DNA of 64,000 nt from Nitrospirota bacterium (lineage in GTDB: Bacteria > Nitrospirota > Nitrospiria > Nitrospirales > NS-4): NCBI GenBank assembly GCA_005877815.1, contig VBOG01000107.1, forward strand, positions 51,437-115,436. Reading direction: 5' to 3'. Position 1 is the stretch's first letter. Every line of letters starts with the position of its first letter. The notes beneath the pieces are model-generated. The model searched no databases and was not told the origin of the DNA. It saw only the letters and a program-made list of their open reading frames with translations. This document shows, one piece after another, positions 39,938 to 50,412 of this stretch. Position numbers and translations under genes: made by a program.

Positions 39938-40737
39938 CGCTGCGCTCCTATAGCCATCATGGAGATCTTTGTTTCTGTTGGCGGGACATGCGCGCCCAGG
40001 ACGATCACCAAGGCGCAAAAAAACTTCCGCAGGCTCTCAGAGGCGTGATCGGCATGGCGTTTCATCTGCCACAGACCCGGCATGATGGTCGGCCGCTTCA
40101 GGAGTTCCCAGAAACAGCGCGCAGCGCCAAAAGGCGCAAACCACAGATTAAAGTCCATGGGCAGATCTTCAGCGACACGGTCCGATATGGCACGGACGAC
40201 CAGGAATGGAACACCGGCGGAAACGGCCACCTGTGCGATCGGCGCACTTTCCATGTCTACGGCTATCGCTCCGGTTCCGATCGCGAGGGCCTCCTTTTCG
40301 CTGGCCTGCCACAGGACACTTTTGACGGTGACCACAGGACCTTGACTCCACGTGATGACAGCATCACGCGCAGCGATAGTACCGCGTTCCCGGAATCCGA
40401 TCTCGGTCTGGATCTCGCTTCGAGCGGTGTCCACAGACCAGTCAAGAACCCGAGTGCCGATAATCACGTCTCCGATCCCGGCAGCCCCTAAAGACCCCGC
40501 ATATCCGGTCGAAATGATGGCATCCGGTGACCATTCGCTGACCGCTGCTTCGGTGGCTTGCCGGGCGGCTCGCGGACCGGTTCCTGTCTGCAGGAAGTAC
40601 AGTTCTAGATCACCGAGCCGGCCCATGCAATAAGGAAATTGTCCCAGGCGGCTTCTAAAGAGAGGTCCGGCAGATCGGCACGCTGTCTGCGCCGGAAGAA
40701 GCTCACGGCGCGAGGCCGCTAAAACAGCCACGCGCAT
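39934..40737 (-). CDS. hpnG: hopanoid-associated nucleoside phosphorylase
   Basis: GYAGSL, AVDMES, RAISD; directly downstream of shc. Confidence 0.8.
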   Translation of the reverse strand: MRVAVLAASRRELLPAQTACRSAGPLFRSRLGQFPYCMGRLGDLELYFLQTGTGPRAARQATEAAVSEWSPDAIISTGYAGSLGAAGIGDVIIGTRVLDWSVDTARSEIQTEIGFRERGTIAARDAVITWSQGPVVTVKSVLWQASEKEALAIGTGAIAVDMESAPIAQVAVSAGVPFLVVRAISDRVAEDLPMDFNLWFAPFGAARCFWELLKRPTIMPGLWQMKRHADHASESLRKFFCALVIVLGAHVPPTETKISMMAIGAQR

Positions 40738-40739
40738 GA

Positions 40740-42893
40740 CTACGCTTCCAGGCGGAGATGTCCGTGCATGCGCTGGTGTTCTCGGATTTCGTCCGCGCGG
40801 GACCGGCCCTTGGACTTGAGCGATCGATACATCGCAAGGGCCCAGAGTGGAAAATACTGACTGTAGCCATGGTAGCGAAGATAAAAGACGCGGGGGAACC
40901 CTGTCCCCGTGTGCATGCCTTCCGGCCAGGATCCGTCAGCGTCTTGATGGCGAAGAAGATAGTTGACGCCGCGCATGACGCTGAGGGACTCCATCTCTCC
41001 GGCACATAACAGCCCTATCAACGCCCACGCGGTCTGAGAAGCCGTGCTGAGACCGACGCCATGCGCCTCCTCCTCAGCATAGGAGAGACACGATTCCCCC
41101 CACCCGCCGTCAGGGTTCTGTTTGGAGACGAGCCAGATGACCGCGCGACGGACATACTCCGCCTGCATGTCTTCACCGATCGCCTTGAGACCGGCCAGCA
41201 CCGACCATGTGCCGTAAATATAGTTCACGCCCCACCGCCCGTACCACGAGCCATTCTCTTCCTGCGTCTTCCGGAGAAATCGCAGAGCACGCACCGCTGC
41301 CGGATGAGACAAGCCATACCCCAATGCTCCGAGCATCTCCAACTCCCGTCCGGCGAGGTCCGCCGTGCTGGGATCCAACAACGCCCGGTGATCCGCGAAC
41401 GGGATCTGATTGAACAGCATCTTATTGTTGTCCTTGTCGTAGGCTCCCCAGCCGCCGTCGCTGCTCTGCATGGCGAGCGTCCACTCCGCACCCCGTTGCA
41501 TGGCGATCCGCTGAAGATCGGGCTCCGGCGTCACGATCTTCGACAGCGCGATCACGACCGCAGCCGTATCATCGTTGTCGGGGTAATATTCATTCTCGAA
41601 CTGGAAGTACCAGCCGCCGGGCTTCGCGTTCGGAGAGGAGACGATCCAGTCTCCGACCTTGTTGCATTGGCGTGCTAAGATCCAACGAGCGGCGCGGACC
41701 AGCGCCGCGTGATCCTGAGGAAGGCCGCTTTCAATGAGCGCGCTCAGCGTCAGCGGCGTGTCCCACACCGGCGAGAAGCAGGGCTGCAAATGCAACGTGT
41801 CACCCGCATGAACCTCCAGCGCTTCAATTTCACCCAATGCCTTCCGGAAGAGAGCATCGTCGGTCTCATGTCCAAGACACCGGAGTGCAATGACGGAATT
41901 GGCCATCGCCGGATAAATCGCGCCCAAGCCGCCTTCTCCCGCCATTCGCTCGAGCATCCACTCTGCAGCGCGCTCGATCGCTTTTTTCCGGAGCCCTTTC
42001 GGGACGAGCCAATCATAGACCTTGAGGGCCGCATCCAGTGTGATAAATGCGTTCTGCCACGTGAGCCAGCGCTGATCCTTTCGGAAGGGAGGCTCGCGCC
42101 TAAAGTTCACGTCCTTGCGGGGAGTCGCATACAACTCCGCGATGCCCTGTTCCATGGAGACCCGACAGACCGGCTTCGCATTAAAGATGATCAGCAAGGG
42201 GACCAGCACCGCCCTGGACCAATACGAGAGGGCATAGAGACTGAAAAAGGTATGCGGCGGCAAGAGGATGATCTCGGCCGGCATGGTCGGCAGACCGCGC
42301 CAGTCATACTGATCGAACAAGGCCAACGTGATCTTGGTAAACACATTCGCCCGAACGACGCCCCCCTTGCTGAGAATGACTGAGTGGGCTTTCTGCATAA
42401 ACGGTTCTTCGGCAGAAATGCCAGCCAGCTTTAAGGCAAAGTAGGCCTTCACCGAGGCGCTGATATCCGGTGGACCACCGTGGTAAATGGGCCAGCCGCC
42501 ATCCGATAATTGCGCCTCGATCAGGTGCCGAACGGCCTTTCGCTGTTTCTCCAAGTCTACGAGGCCCAAGAACCGTCTGAGCATTATGTATTCAGAGGTC
42601 AGGGTCGTATCCGCTTCAAGCTCGTGGACCCAATACCCGGCCTCATCCTGACGGCTCAGCAACCACGCCTGTGCCCGCCGGACCGCTTCATTCAGCGTCG
42701 CTCCCTGATGGGGAATGTATCCCGATTCGCTCCACCGAGGTTGCGCGGGAGCCTGCGAGAATAAATTGGGATTGCCGCCCACGAGGCGCATCAGGCGACG
42801 CGCATTCTGTCGGGCGCGCTGCTGCATATGCGGAGGCGCCGCGGAGAGAATTCTTTCAGACCAACTGGTCAGAAGACCGAGCAGTCGCTTCAC
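40740..42893 (-). CDS. shc: squalene-hopene cyclase
   Basis: YPDNDDTA (DxDD), QW repeats, GTGFPRVFYLRYHGY. Confidence 0.97.
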   Translation of the reverse strand: MKRLLGLLTSWSERILSAAPPHMQQRARQNARRLMRLVGGNPNLFSQAPAQPRWSESGYIPHQGATLNEAVRRAQAWLLSRQDEAGYWVHELEADTTLTSEYIMLRRFLGLVDLEKQRKAVRHLIEAQLSDGGWPIYHGGPPDISASVKAYFALKLAGISAEEPFMQKAHSVILSKGGVVRANVFTKITLALFDQYDWRGLPTMPAEIILLPPHTFFSLYALSYWSRAVLVPLLIIFNAKPVCRVSMEQGIAELYATPRKDVNFRREPPFRKDQRWLTWQNAFITLDAALKVYDWLVPKGLRKKAIERAAEWMLERMAGEGGLGAIYPAMANSVIALRCLGHETDDALFRKALGEIEALEVHAGDTLHLQPCFSPVWDTPLTLSALIESGLPQDHAALVRAARWILARQCNKVGDWIVSSPNAKPGGWYFQFENEYYPDNDDTAAVVIALSKIVTPEPDLQRIAMQRGAEWTLAMQSSDGGWGAYDKDNNKMLFNQIPFADHRALLDPSTADLAGRELEMLGALGYGLSHPAAVRALRFLRKTQEENGSWYGRWGVNYIYGTWSVLAGLKAIGEDMQAEYVRRAVIWLVSKQNPDGGWGESCLSYAEEEAHGVGLSTASQTAWALIGLLCAGEMESLSVMRGVNYLLRHQDADGSWPEGMHTGTGFPRVFYLRYHGYSQYFPLWALAMYRSLKSKGRSRADEIREHQRMHGHLRLEA

Positions 42894-43051
42894 GATTCCC
42901 TTACACCTTCCTGCCTAATGAATCCGAGATCCCGGTGAGCAAATACGCGGCATTTCTGCAGTACGGGTATAACAAACGTCACCAGCAGTGTCAAGATTAC
43001 TACGGAGCCACCCCCCGGACATCCGGGACATCGAGCGCGAGGATGACAGAC

Positions 43052-46000
43052 CTATACGGTCGTCAGGAGCTTACTGAGTCTGACCGAGACCAGGGCGGAG
43101 ATTCCCGGCTCTTCCATGGTCACCCCATAGAGAGAGTCCGCCACCTCCATCGTCTGCTTGCTGTGGGTGATGACAATGAACTGGCTGTTGGATGCCAGCC
43201 TTTGGAGCACCCTCGTGAACCTCACGGTATTCTCTTCATCCAGTGGCGCATCAATCTCATCAAGCACGCAGAACGGCGTGGGACGGATCAGAAAGCTTGC
43301 GAAGATGAGGGACATCGCCGTCAACGCCCGTTCCCCCCCCGACAACATAGTGATATTCTTCAGCCGCTTTCCGGGCGGCTGGGCGACGATATCCACGCCC
43401 GGTTCGCCCCCCTCCTCGTCCTCAACCAGAAACAACTCGGCACGCCCGCCGTCGAAGAAGGTCGTAAACATCTCGCCGAACGTTGTTTGAAGCTGTTCGA
43501 AGGTTTCCATAAACAGTTGCTTGGTCTCCCGATTGATGCGGGAGATAATGGCCTTCAGCGAGGCGACCGATTGCGCGAGATCCTCCTCCTGTTTCAGCAG
43601 GAAATCGAGCCGATCTTTCAGCTCGCGATGTTCGTCAATCGCCATGACATTCACCGGTCCCAAGTCCTGCAACCGTCCGCGCTTCAGTGCAAGCTTCTCG
43701 CGTGATGGGCCAATGTCTTCATCCCGGACCTCGTCGCCGACCTCCGACACCGCCGTTTCGAAATTCACACCGTAGGTTCCCGTGAATTGCGCGTCATACC
43801 CTTCGAGGCGAAGCTGGGCCTCCATGCGAAGAAGCCGTACGCTCTCCTGTTCCCGGTGAACTTCTTCAAGACGCTGCCGGGCCCGGTTCCATTCGCTCTC
43901 CTGAGCACGAAGGGCGGCGACACGCAACGTCTGCGCCTCTTGATGCTCCTTTAACCGCTGTCTGGCCTCGTCCACGCCGTGAATGATTGCAGGCAGCGAC
44001 GCCTCCGTCTGCCGTCGTTCGTCGCATGCTGCCTGTCCAGCGCTCAGTAATCGTGCCGCCTCGCGCTCCAGTTCAGAGAGCCTGACATGTCGCACCCCAA
44101 TGGCGTCCTCGTGCCGGCTGATATCGCGACGCGCCTGATCGAGACGGTCGCAGAGCGTTGCTTTCTCCAATCGCACCTGTGCGACCACGGCCTGTTGATG
44201 AGTGAACGCGTCCTCATTCGCCGCCACGTCGTTCTGCCGTTCGACCAGTCCCTGTTCGGCCGCCAGTTTTTGAGATTCCAACCGCTCGAGCTCCTCTCGG
44301 AGAGACTGCTCGGAAGCGGTCAACGCGTTCAGCTCCGCTTCGGCAGCCAGACGCTCGGCAAGCGTCGTCTCAATCCGCTGCCGCCATTCGGTCACGTCCT
44401 CTTCAGCCCGTTGTTGGTCCTTTCGCTCGCTCAGCACAGCCATTTCCAAAGTGCGCACCTCGGCTTCCAAGGCTTCGAGCGGCAGAGCAGCCGATTGAAA
44501 TGACTCTTCAAGAATCCCCCGCTCCGCCCGGGCTCTCTCAACCCGGCGTTCCAGATCTTCGATTTGTGCCGTCAGCGACAGCAGTTCCCGTTCACGGCTG
44601 ATGGCGCCGACCGCCGCTCCGATAGGAGTTCCGCTCACCATTCCCTCCGGCGTCAGAATCTCTCCCTTGACCGTGACCAAGACCGCGCGCCTCGCCTCGT
44701 TCATAGACGCCCACACCGTGATCGCGCGCTCAAGACTATCCACGATGACGACGCCTGCGAGCAGGTACTGCACCAGATCTTCGTACCCGTCCCGTGCCCG
44801 CACCAACGACAATGCTGAACCAAGGACGCCCGGCCCGTCGAATGTCACGGCAGGCGGTCCGCCAAACAGCCGTGGCCGTCGCGGAAGAAAACTGCCCCCG
44901 CCCAGTCCTTGCGCCTTCAATGTCTCTAACAGCGACACGGCCTCAGAAGGCGTTTCGATCAGCGCGCTCACGAGTCGATGGCCAAGTACCGCTTCAACGG
45001 CGGCCTCATATTCCGCGGGCACCGTCAACACCTGTGTCACCGTCTCCCCGAACCGGTCCGTGACCGACGGAGGCAAGATGACGGCGTCTTGCTTCACGGC
45101 ATGCAAAGCCTTCCCTCGGGCGATCGACACGGTCAGCTTTTCCTGCAGTCGAACGATCTGCTGATCGCATTCCGCAATGTCTGCTTTCAGGCGATGGGCT
45201 GTCTCTGCATGATCACCGCGAGAGGTGCCGGATGCCGCCAATTGCGTTTCGAGTTCCTGTTTCCGAACGGTATGCGACGAAAGGGCAACAGTCACCGCAT
45301 CGAGCCTCGCCCCTGCCCGGACCCGGTCCTGCTCCAGCCGTTCGACCCGTCGCGACAGTTCACCGGCCCGTGCACGATCGCTTGCGAGGCGGTTTACCGC
45401 GGCCGTTCCCGCCAGGACATGTTCCATCACGGCGGCGCGCGCCGACTCCAGCAACGCTTGGCTTTCGCGATACCGTTGTTGAGCTGCGGACAACGCGGTC
45501 TCAACCTCTGCTGCCAAATTCGATGTGAGGGCAAACGCCGCTTGCAGTTCTTCGGCCGTGACGCGAAGGCCCTTCACCTCCGTCTCCGCATCGCGTTGCT
45601 CGGTCCGAACATGCTCGACATCCGCCTCCACACGCCTGCGCTGTTCTTCGAGAAACGCAATTTTTTGAACCATGAGTTCGATGGCCGTTCCGGCTTGAGT
45701 CATCCGTGCTTCCGCAGCCGCCATCTGTTCACGTACCGCCGAAAGCGCCGTTTCGCTATGGGTCACCTCCAACTGCATTGTCTCGACAGATGCCGCATGG
45801 CGTCCGACGACCGCCACTTCTGCACTCTCGCGCATGTCCAGCTCATTGAGGCGCCGGTCGTTCTCATGGCGTTCACCCGCCACTTCCCGGTAATCGTGGA
45901 CTAAGACCCGCAACTCCAGCCGTCTGACTTCTTGACGCAGCGCTTGATAGGCTTCAGCCGCACGCGCCTGGCGCTCCAGGCTCCCGAGCTGCCGCTTGAC

Positions 46001-46627
46001 CTCATTCACGATGTCCCGGACTCGCAAAAGATTTTGTGTCGTCGCATCCAACTTGCGGAGCGCTTCGGCTTTTTGTTTCTTGTAACGGATAATGCCGGCG
46101 GTTTCTTCGATTAGCTCCCGCCGTTCGAGTGGCGAGGCTTTCAAGAGGCGGTCAATCATTCCCTGCTCGATGACGGTGTGCCCTTTGCTGCCGGCTCGGC
46201 TATCGAGCAACAAGCTCCGGATGTCTTTCAATCGGCATGGGGTCTTATTGATGAAGTACTCGCTGACACCATCGCGGAACAGCCGCCGCGTGACCATGAC
46301 TTCGCGACATTCTTCCAACGAGTACGGCAAGGGGGCTGGAGCCGCGTCAGTTGGCGATGGCCCATTGTCCACTGCGCCCAGTATCAGAGAGACTTCAGTC
46401 ATCCCATGGGGTTTTCGTGACTCGGTGCCATTGAAGATGACATCCTCCATACGCTCGCTTCGCATCGCCTTGGTGCTCTGCTCGCCGAGCACCCACAGGA
46501 TCGCATCGAGAATGTTGCTTTTACCGGTTCCGTTCGGCCCGACCACAGCCGTAATGCCGGGCTGGAAAAACAGGCGGGATTCGACGAACGATTTGAACCC
46601 GTTCATCTCCAATTGTTTGAGATACAT
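43052..46627 (-). CDS. smc: chromosome segregation protein SMC
   Basis: GFKSF, GPNGTGKSN, long coiled coils with hinge, LSGGE, LDEIDAPLD. Confidence 0.96.
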   Translation of the reverse strand: MYLKQLEMNGFKSFVESRLFFQPGITAVVGPNGTGKSNILDAILWVLGEQSTKAMRSERMEDVIFNGTESRKPHGMTEVSLILGAVDNGPSPTDAAPAPLPYSLEECREVMVTRRLFRDGVSEYFINKTPCRLKDIRSLLLDSRAGSKGHTVIEQGMIDRLLKASPLERRELIEETAGIIRYKKQKAEALRKLDATTQNLLRVRDIVNEVKRQLGSLERQARAAEAYQALRQEVRRLELRVLVHDYREVAGERHENDRRLNELDMRESAEVAVVGRHAASVETMQLEVTHSETALSAVREQMAAAEARMTQAGTAIELMVQKIAFLEEQRRRVEADVEHVRTEQRDAETEVKGLRVTAEELQAAFALTSNLAAEVETALSAAQQRYRESQALLESARAAVMEHVLAGTAAVNRLASDRARAGELSRRVERLEQDRVRAGARLDAVTVALSSHTVRKQELETQLAASGTSRGDHAETAHRLKADIAECDQQIVRLQEKLTVSIARGKALHAVKQDAVILPPSVTDRFGETVTQVLTVPAEYEAAVEAVLGHRLVSALIETPSEAVSLLETLKAQGLGGGSFLPRRPRLFGGPPAVTFDGPGVLGSALSLVRARDGYEDLVQYLLAGVVIVDSLERAITVWASMNEARRAVLVTVKGEILTPEGMVSGTPIGAAVGAISRERELLSLTAQIEDLERRVERARAERGILEESFQSAALPLEALEAEVRTLEMAVLSERKDQQRAEEDVTEWRQRIETTLAERLAAEAELNALTASEQSLREELERLESQKLAAEQGLVERQNDVAANEDAFTHQQAVVAQVRLEKATLCDRLDQARRDISRHEDAIGVRHVRLSELEREAARLLSAGQAACDERRQTEASLPAIIHGVDEARQRLKEHQEAQTLRVAALRAQESEWNRARQRLEEVHREQESVRLLRMEAQLRLEGYDAQFTGTYGVNFETAVSEVGDEVRDEDIGPSREKLALKRGRLQDLGPVNVMAIDEHRELKDRLDFLLKQEEDLAQSVASLKAIISRINRETKQLFMETFEQLQTTFGEMFTTFFDGGRAELFLVEDEEGGEPGVDIVAQPPGKRLKNITMLSGGERALTAMSLIFASFLIRPTPFCVLDEIDAPLDEENTVRFTRVLQRLASNSQFIVITHSKQTMEVADSLYGVTMEEPGISALVSVRLSKLLTTV

Positions 46628-46749
46628 GCGATCTCCTCTGTGAGCGGCCTTCTACCATATCTCGTGGGGAATTGTAAAGTAAAACACCGGATATGGGGCA
46701 TGTCTCTGCACATCGCCTATCCAAGAGGGTCGCCTCTAGCGACCAAACC

Positions 46750-46778
46750 TTGACCCCCCAAGCACGCTTGTTTAGAAT
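46750..46778 (+). promoter_or_regulatory. sigma70-like promoter of ole/FAS cluster
   Basis: TTGACC, 17 bp, TAGAAT, 48 bp upstream of oleA ATG. Confidence 0.6.
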
Positions 46779-46826
46779 GCCACCGCTCCCGTCAGCCATA
46801 CAAAAACCCCGACACCTCTCCAGTCG

Positions 46827-47873
46827 ATGAGATATTCGAACGTCTGTATTGAATCAATCGGGTATGAGTTGCCGAAACACATCGTGACTTCGGCGGAGAT
46901 TGAAGCCCGCCTCAGCCCATTGTATGACCGGCTACACCTTCCTTATGGGCGCCTTGAGCTCATGAGTGGCATTCGGGAGCGGCGCTTTTGGGAGAACGGT
47001 ACGAACCCGAGTGATGCCGCGACCATGGCAGGCAAGTACGCCCTGGCCCTGGCCGGTATACCTGGAAGCCAGATCGAGTGCATCCTGAACTGCTCGGTAT
47101 CGCGGGATTTTCTGGAACCTGCAACGGCTGCCCTGGTGCACGCACGGTTAGGCGTAGCCCCGAAAGCCGCCGTCTTCGACATCTCCAATGCCTGCCTCGG
47201 AATGCTCAACGGCATGGTGACGCTCGGCAACATGATCGAATTAGGCCAGGTCAAAAGAGGTCTGCTTGTCGCCGGAGAAAATGGAAAACCGCTGGTTGAA
47301 ACGACCATCCGGCAACTCCTTGCCGACCCGGAGATGACTCGCAAGAAGTTCAAAGATACCTTTGCCTCGCTGACCATTGGGTCCGGCGCCGCAGCGATCG
47401 TCATGACCCACGCCTCCGTCTCGAAGGACCATCACCGCCTCCTCGGCGGCGTCGCGGAGAGCGCAACGGAGCACAATGATCTGTGCCGGGGGAGCGCTGA
47501 TACGGGCCTCGACTCGGACAGCGAACCCGCCATGTCGACCCAGTCGGAGGTGCTGATGAAAAGTGGATGTGCGCTGGCCGGGCGGACGTGGGCGGACTTC
47601 AAACAGGAACTTGGCTGGACAGACGCGGAGGTGACCAGGACGTTCTGCCATCAAGTGGGCGTGGCCCATCGGCGCCTCCTGTTGGAGACCCTGAAGCTTG
47701 ACCCCTCGATCGACTATCCGACGGTCGAGTTTTTGGGGAACATGGGGTCGGCATCGCTGCCCGTCACCATGGCCCTCAGCATCGAGGCCGGCCATGTGCA
47801 CCGCGCGGACAAGCTTGCCCTGCTGGGCATCGGCAGCGGCCTCAATTGCCTGATGTTGGGAGTTGAATGGTAG
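46827..47873 (+). CDS. oleA: OleA head-to-head acyl-CoA condensing thiolase
   Basis: SRDFLEPATA (OleA catalytic Glu region), NACLG, HQVG, GNMGSAS, LGIGSGLNC. Confidence 0.9.
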   Translation: MRYSNVCIESIGYELPKHIVTSAEIEARLSPLYDRLHLPYGRLELMSGIRERRFWENGTNPSDAATMAGKYALALAGIPGSQIECILNCSVSRDFLEPATAALVHARLGVAPKAAVFDISNACLGMLNGMVTLGNMIELGQVKRGLLVAGENGKPLVETTIRQLLADPEMTRKKFKDTFASLTIGSGAAAIVMTHASVSKDHHRLLGGVAESATEHNDLCRGSADTGLDSDSEPAMSTQSEVLMKSGCALAGRTWADFKQELGWTDAEVTRTFCHQVGVAHRRLLLETLKLDPSIDYPTVEFLGNMGSASLPVTMALSIEAGHVHRADKLALLGIGSGLNCLMLGVEW

Positions 47874-48748
47874 CGACGTCTTTTCAAGAGCTGTATCCTT
47901 TTCAATCTCACTACCTGCCGCTCGACGGGTTAAAGTACCACTACCTGGACGAAGGATCGGGAGATCCCCTCATCATGCTGCACGGGAATCCAACCTGGTC
48001 CTTCTACTATCGACGCCTCATCGCAGAATTCCGCAAGACATATCGCGTGATCGCCCCCGATCATATGGGCTGCGGCTTCTCCGACAAACCGCAAACCTAC
48101 GCCTACCGGCTCGCGCAGCACATTGACAATCTCGATGCGCTGCTGCAACACCTGGACCTCAAACGCGTCACCCTGTGTCTTCACGACTGGGGCGGACCGA
48201 TCGGTATGGGATGGGCCCTACGGCATCCCGAACGAATCTCGCGCTTCGTCATCTTCAACACCGCGGCCTTCCCGTCATCACGGATTCCTTTGCGCATCAA
48301 CCTCTGCAAATTGCCGGTTGTCGGCGATCTGGCGATCCGCCGATTGAATGCCTTCGCGGGATTGGCACTCACGATGGCAACGGCCCAGCCCCAGCGCATG
48401 ACCCGCGCGGTCAAGGACGGCTATCTCGCGCCCTATGACAGCTACGCCAACCGCATCGCACACTTGCGGTTCGTGCAAGATATCCCGATGCACTCGGGCC
48501 ATCCGACATATGCGCTGATCAATGACATCGGAAAGGGGCTCGCACGCTTTCGGCAGACGCCGATGCTCATTATTTGGGGCGAACAGGACTGGTGTTTCAC
48601 CCCTGAATTTCTCGAGCGGTGGGTGGAATATTTCCCGCACGCGAAGGTGCGGCGCGTCAGTGATGCCGGCCACTACGTGGTGGAGGATGCCTACGAGCGG
48701 ATCATCCCATGGCTTCACGAATTCCTCGCCGCACACCCTCTGACATGA
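47867..48748 (+). CDS. oleB: OleB beta-lactone decarboxylase (haloalkane dehalogenase-like)
   Basis: HGNPTWSF, HDWGG, GHY; position after oleA. Confidence 0.88.
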   Translation: MVATSFQELYPFQSHYLPLDGLKYHYLDEGSGDPLIMLHGNPTWSFYYRRLIAEFRKTYRVIAPDHMGCGFSDKPQTYAYRLAQHIDNLDALLQHLDLKRVTLCLHDWGGPIGMGWALRHPERISRFVIFNTAAFPSSRIPLRINLCKLPVVGDLAIRRLNAFAGLALTMATAQPQRMTRAVKDGYLAPYDSYANRIAHLRFVQDIPMHSGHPTYALINDIGKGLARFRQTPMLIIWGEQDWCFTPEFLERWVEYFPHAKVRRVSDAGHYVVEDAYERIIPWLHEFLAAHPLT

Positions 48749-50412
48749 TGCCGCTGACATCCTCGGCGGTCAGTCCGGACCTTTTGAACATCGCACGCCA
48801 CCTGCCGGCGATGGCCATGCGCCATCCGGAACAGGATGCCGTCATTCATTCGAAGGACGGCTCTCGCCTGACGTTTCGTCACCTCAATGAAGATGCCGAC
48901 CGGTACGCCCATGGATTAACTCGACTCGGGATCCGCCGAGGCGCTCGAACGCTGGTGATGATTCGTCCCGGTCAGGAGTTCGTCGCGGTGGCTTTCGCCC
49001 TGTTCAAGATGGGCGCGATCTCCGTGCTGTTAGACCCCGGCATGGGACGAACCAGTCTCTTGCGCTGCATCGAGGAGGTGGAACCTCATGCGTTCATCGC
49101 CGTCTCCATGGCGCATGCCGCCCGCCTCCTCCGGCCACGCGCATTCAAGAGCGTGAAGCATTGGGTCACCGTCGGCCCCCGATGGTTCTGGAGTGGGCCC
49201 ACGCTCTCGCAGATCAGGGCACTGGAACGTCAATCGCGCGAGTTCCCTTGCGCCGACACACGAACCGATGAGACCGCGGCGATCCTATTTACCTCCGGCA
49301 GCACGGGGATCCCCAAAGGCGTCGTCTATGAGCACGGCATGTTCGACGCCCAAATCCGTTCGCTCCGCGAGTCTTACGGCATCAGGGAGGGGGAAATTGA
49401 TCTTCCGGCGTTTCCACTCTTCGCCTTGTTCAGCGTGGCAATGGGAATGACGGTTGTGATTCCCGATATGGATTGTTCACGCCCGGCGCGGGTCAACCCC
49501 GAAACGTTCGCCCGGACGGTTTTGGAGTATGGCGTCAATCAATCGTTCGGATCCCCTGCGATCTGGGACCGCGTGGGCCGCTACTGTGCCGGAAGACAAC
49601 ACGTCCTGCCTTCGCTCACCCGCGTTCTCATGGCTGGAGCTCCCGCGCCGCTTCATGTCATCGAACGCCTACGACATATTCTCCCCGAATCCGGAGACGT
49701 GCACACCCCCTACGGCGCAACGGAGGCGCTGCCGGTCTCCTCCATCAGCGGCAGAGACATTCTCGGCGAAACGGCCGAACGAACGCGCGCAGGTGACGGC
49801 ACCTGCGTCGGCAAGATGTGTCCAGGCATCACGCTTCGCATCATTCGCGTCTCGGAGGAACCGATTCCAGCGTGGAACGACAGTCTGGCGCTTCCGGCAC
49901 ATGAAATCGGCGAGATCGTCGTGAAGGGTCCTGTCGTCACACGCACGTACTATCGGAATGACCGGGCCACGTCGCTGGCAAAAATCAAGGACGGCAATGC
50001 CTGGTGGCACCGCATGGGAGACGTCGGCTATCTGGATGACCATGGACGGCTCTGGTTCTGCGGGCGCAAGGCCGATCGCGTGGACACCGCAGTCGAAACC
50101 TTGTACACCGAGCCATGCGAAGCCATTTTCAACCAGCATCCGGCGGTGTCGCGCTCGGCGCTTGTCGGGGTCGGCCGCGAGAAAACTCGACGACCGGTCA
50201 TGATCATCGAGCCGCGCCGGGGCCATTTTCCGCGAAGTCCCGAGACCGCCGTGCGATTCAGTCATGAACTCCGGGAGCTCGCGAAGGGCCATTCGGTGAC
50301 GTCGTCTATCACCGCGTTTCTGTTTCATCCAAACTTCCCCGTGGATGTTCGCCACAATGTCAAAATCTCCCGGGACATGCTGGCGCTCTGGGCTGAGGAG
50401 CGAATGCGGTGA
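48745..50412 (+). CDS. oleC: OleC beta-lactone synthetase (AMP-dependent ligase)
   Basis: FTSGSTGIPKG, YGATE, HRMGDVG, PVDVRHNVKI. Confidence 0.9.
   Translation: MMPLTSSAVSPDLLNIARHLPAMAMRHPEQDAVIHSKDGSRLTFRHLNEDADRYAHGLTRLGIRRGARTLVMIRPGQEFVAVAFALFKMGAISVLLDPGMGRTSLLRCIEEVEPHAFIAVSMAHAARLLRPRAFKSVKHWVTVGPRWFWSGPTLSQIRALERQSREFPCADTRTDETAAILFTSGSTGIPKGVVYEHGMFDAQIRSLRESYGIREGEIDLPAFPLFALFSVAMGMTVVIPDMDCSRPARVNPETFARTVLEYGVNQSFGSPAIWDRVGRYCAGRQHVLPSLTRVLMAGAPAPLHVIERLRHILPESGDVHTPYGATEALPVSSISGRDILGETAERTRAGDGTCVGKMCPGITLRIIRVSEEPIPAWNDSLALPAHEIGEIVVKGPVVTRTYYRNDRATSLAKIKDGNAWWHRMGDVGYLDDHGRLWFCGRKADRVDTAVETLYTEPCEAIFNQHPAVSRSALVGVGREKTRRPVMIIEPRRGHFPRSPETAVRFSHELRELAKGHSVTSSITAFLFHPNFPVDVRHNVKISRDMLALWAEERMR

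Noticed and set aside
46827-48748. Plain fabH and haloalkane dehalogenase calls
   Set aside because: The OleA-type FLEPA motif and complete oleABCD order fit olefin synthesis better.
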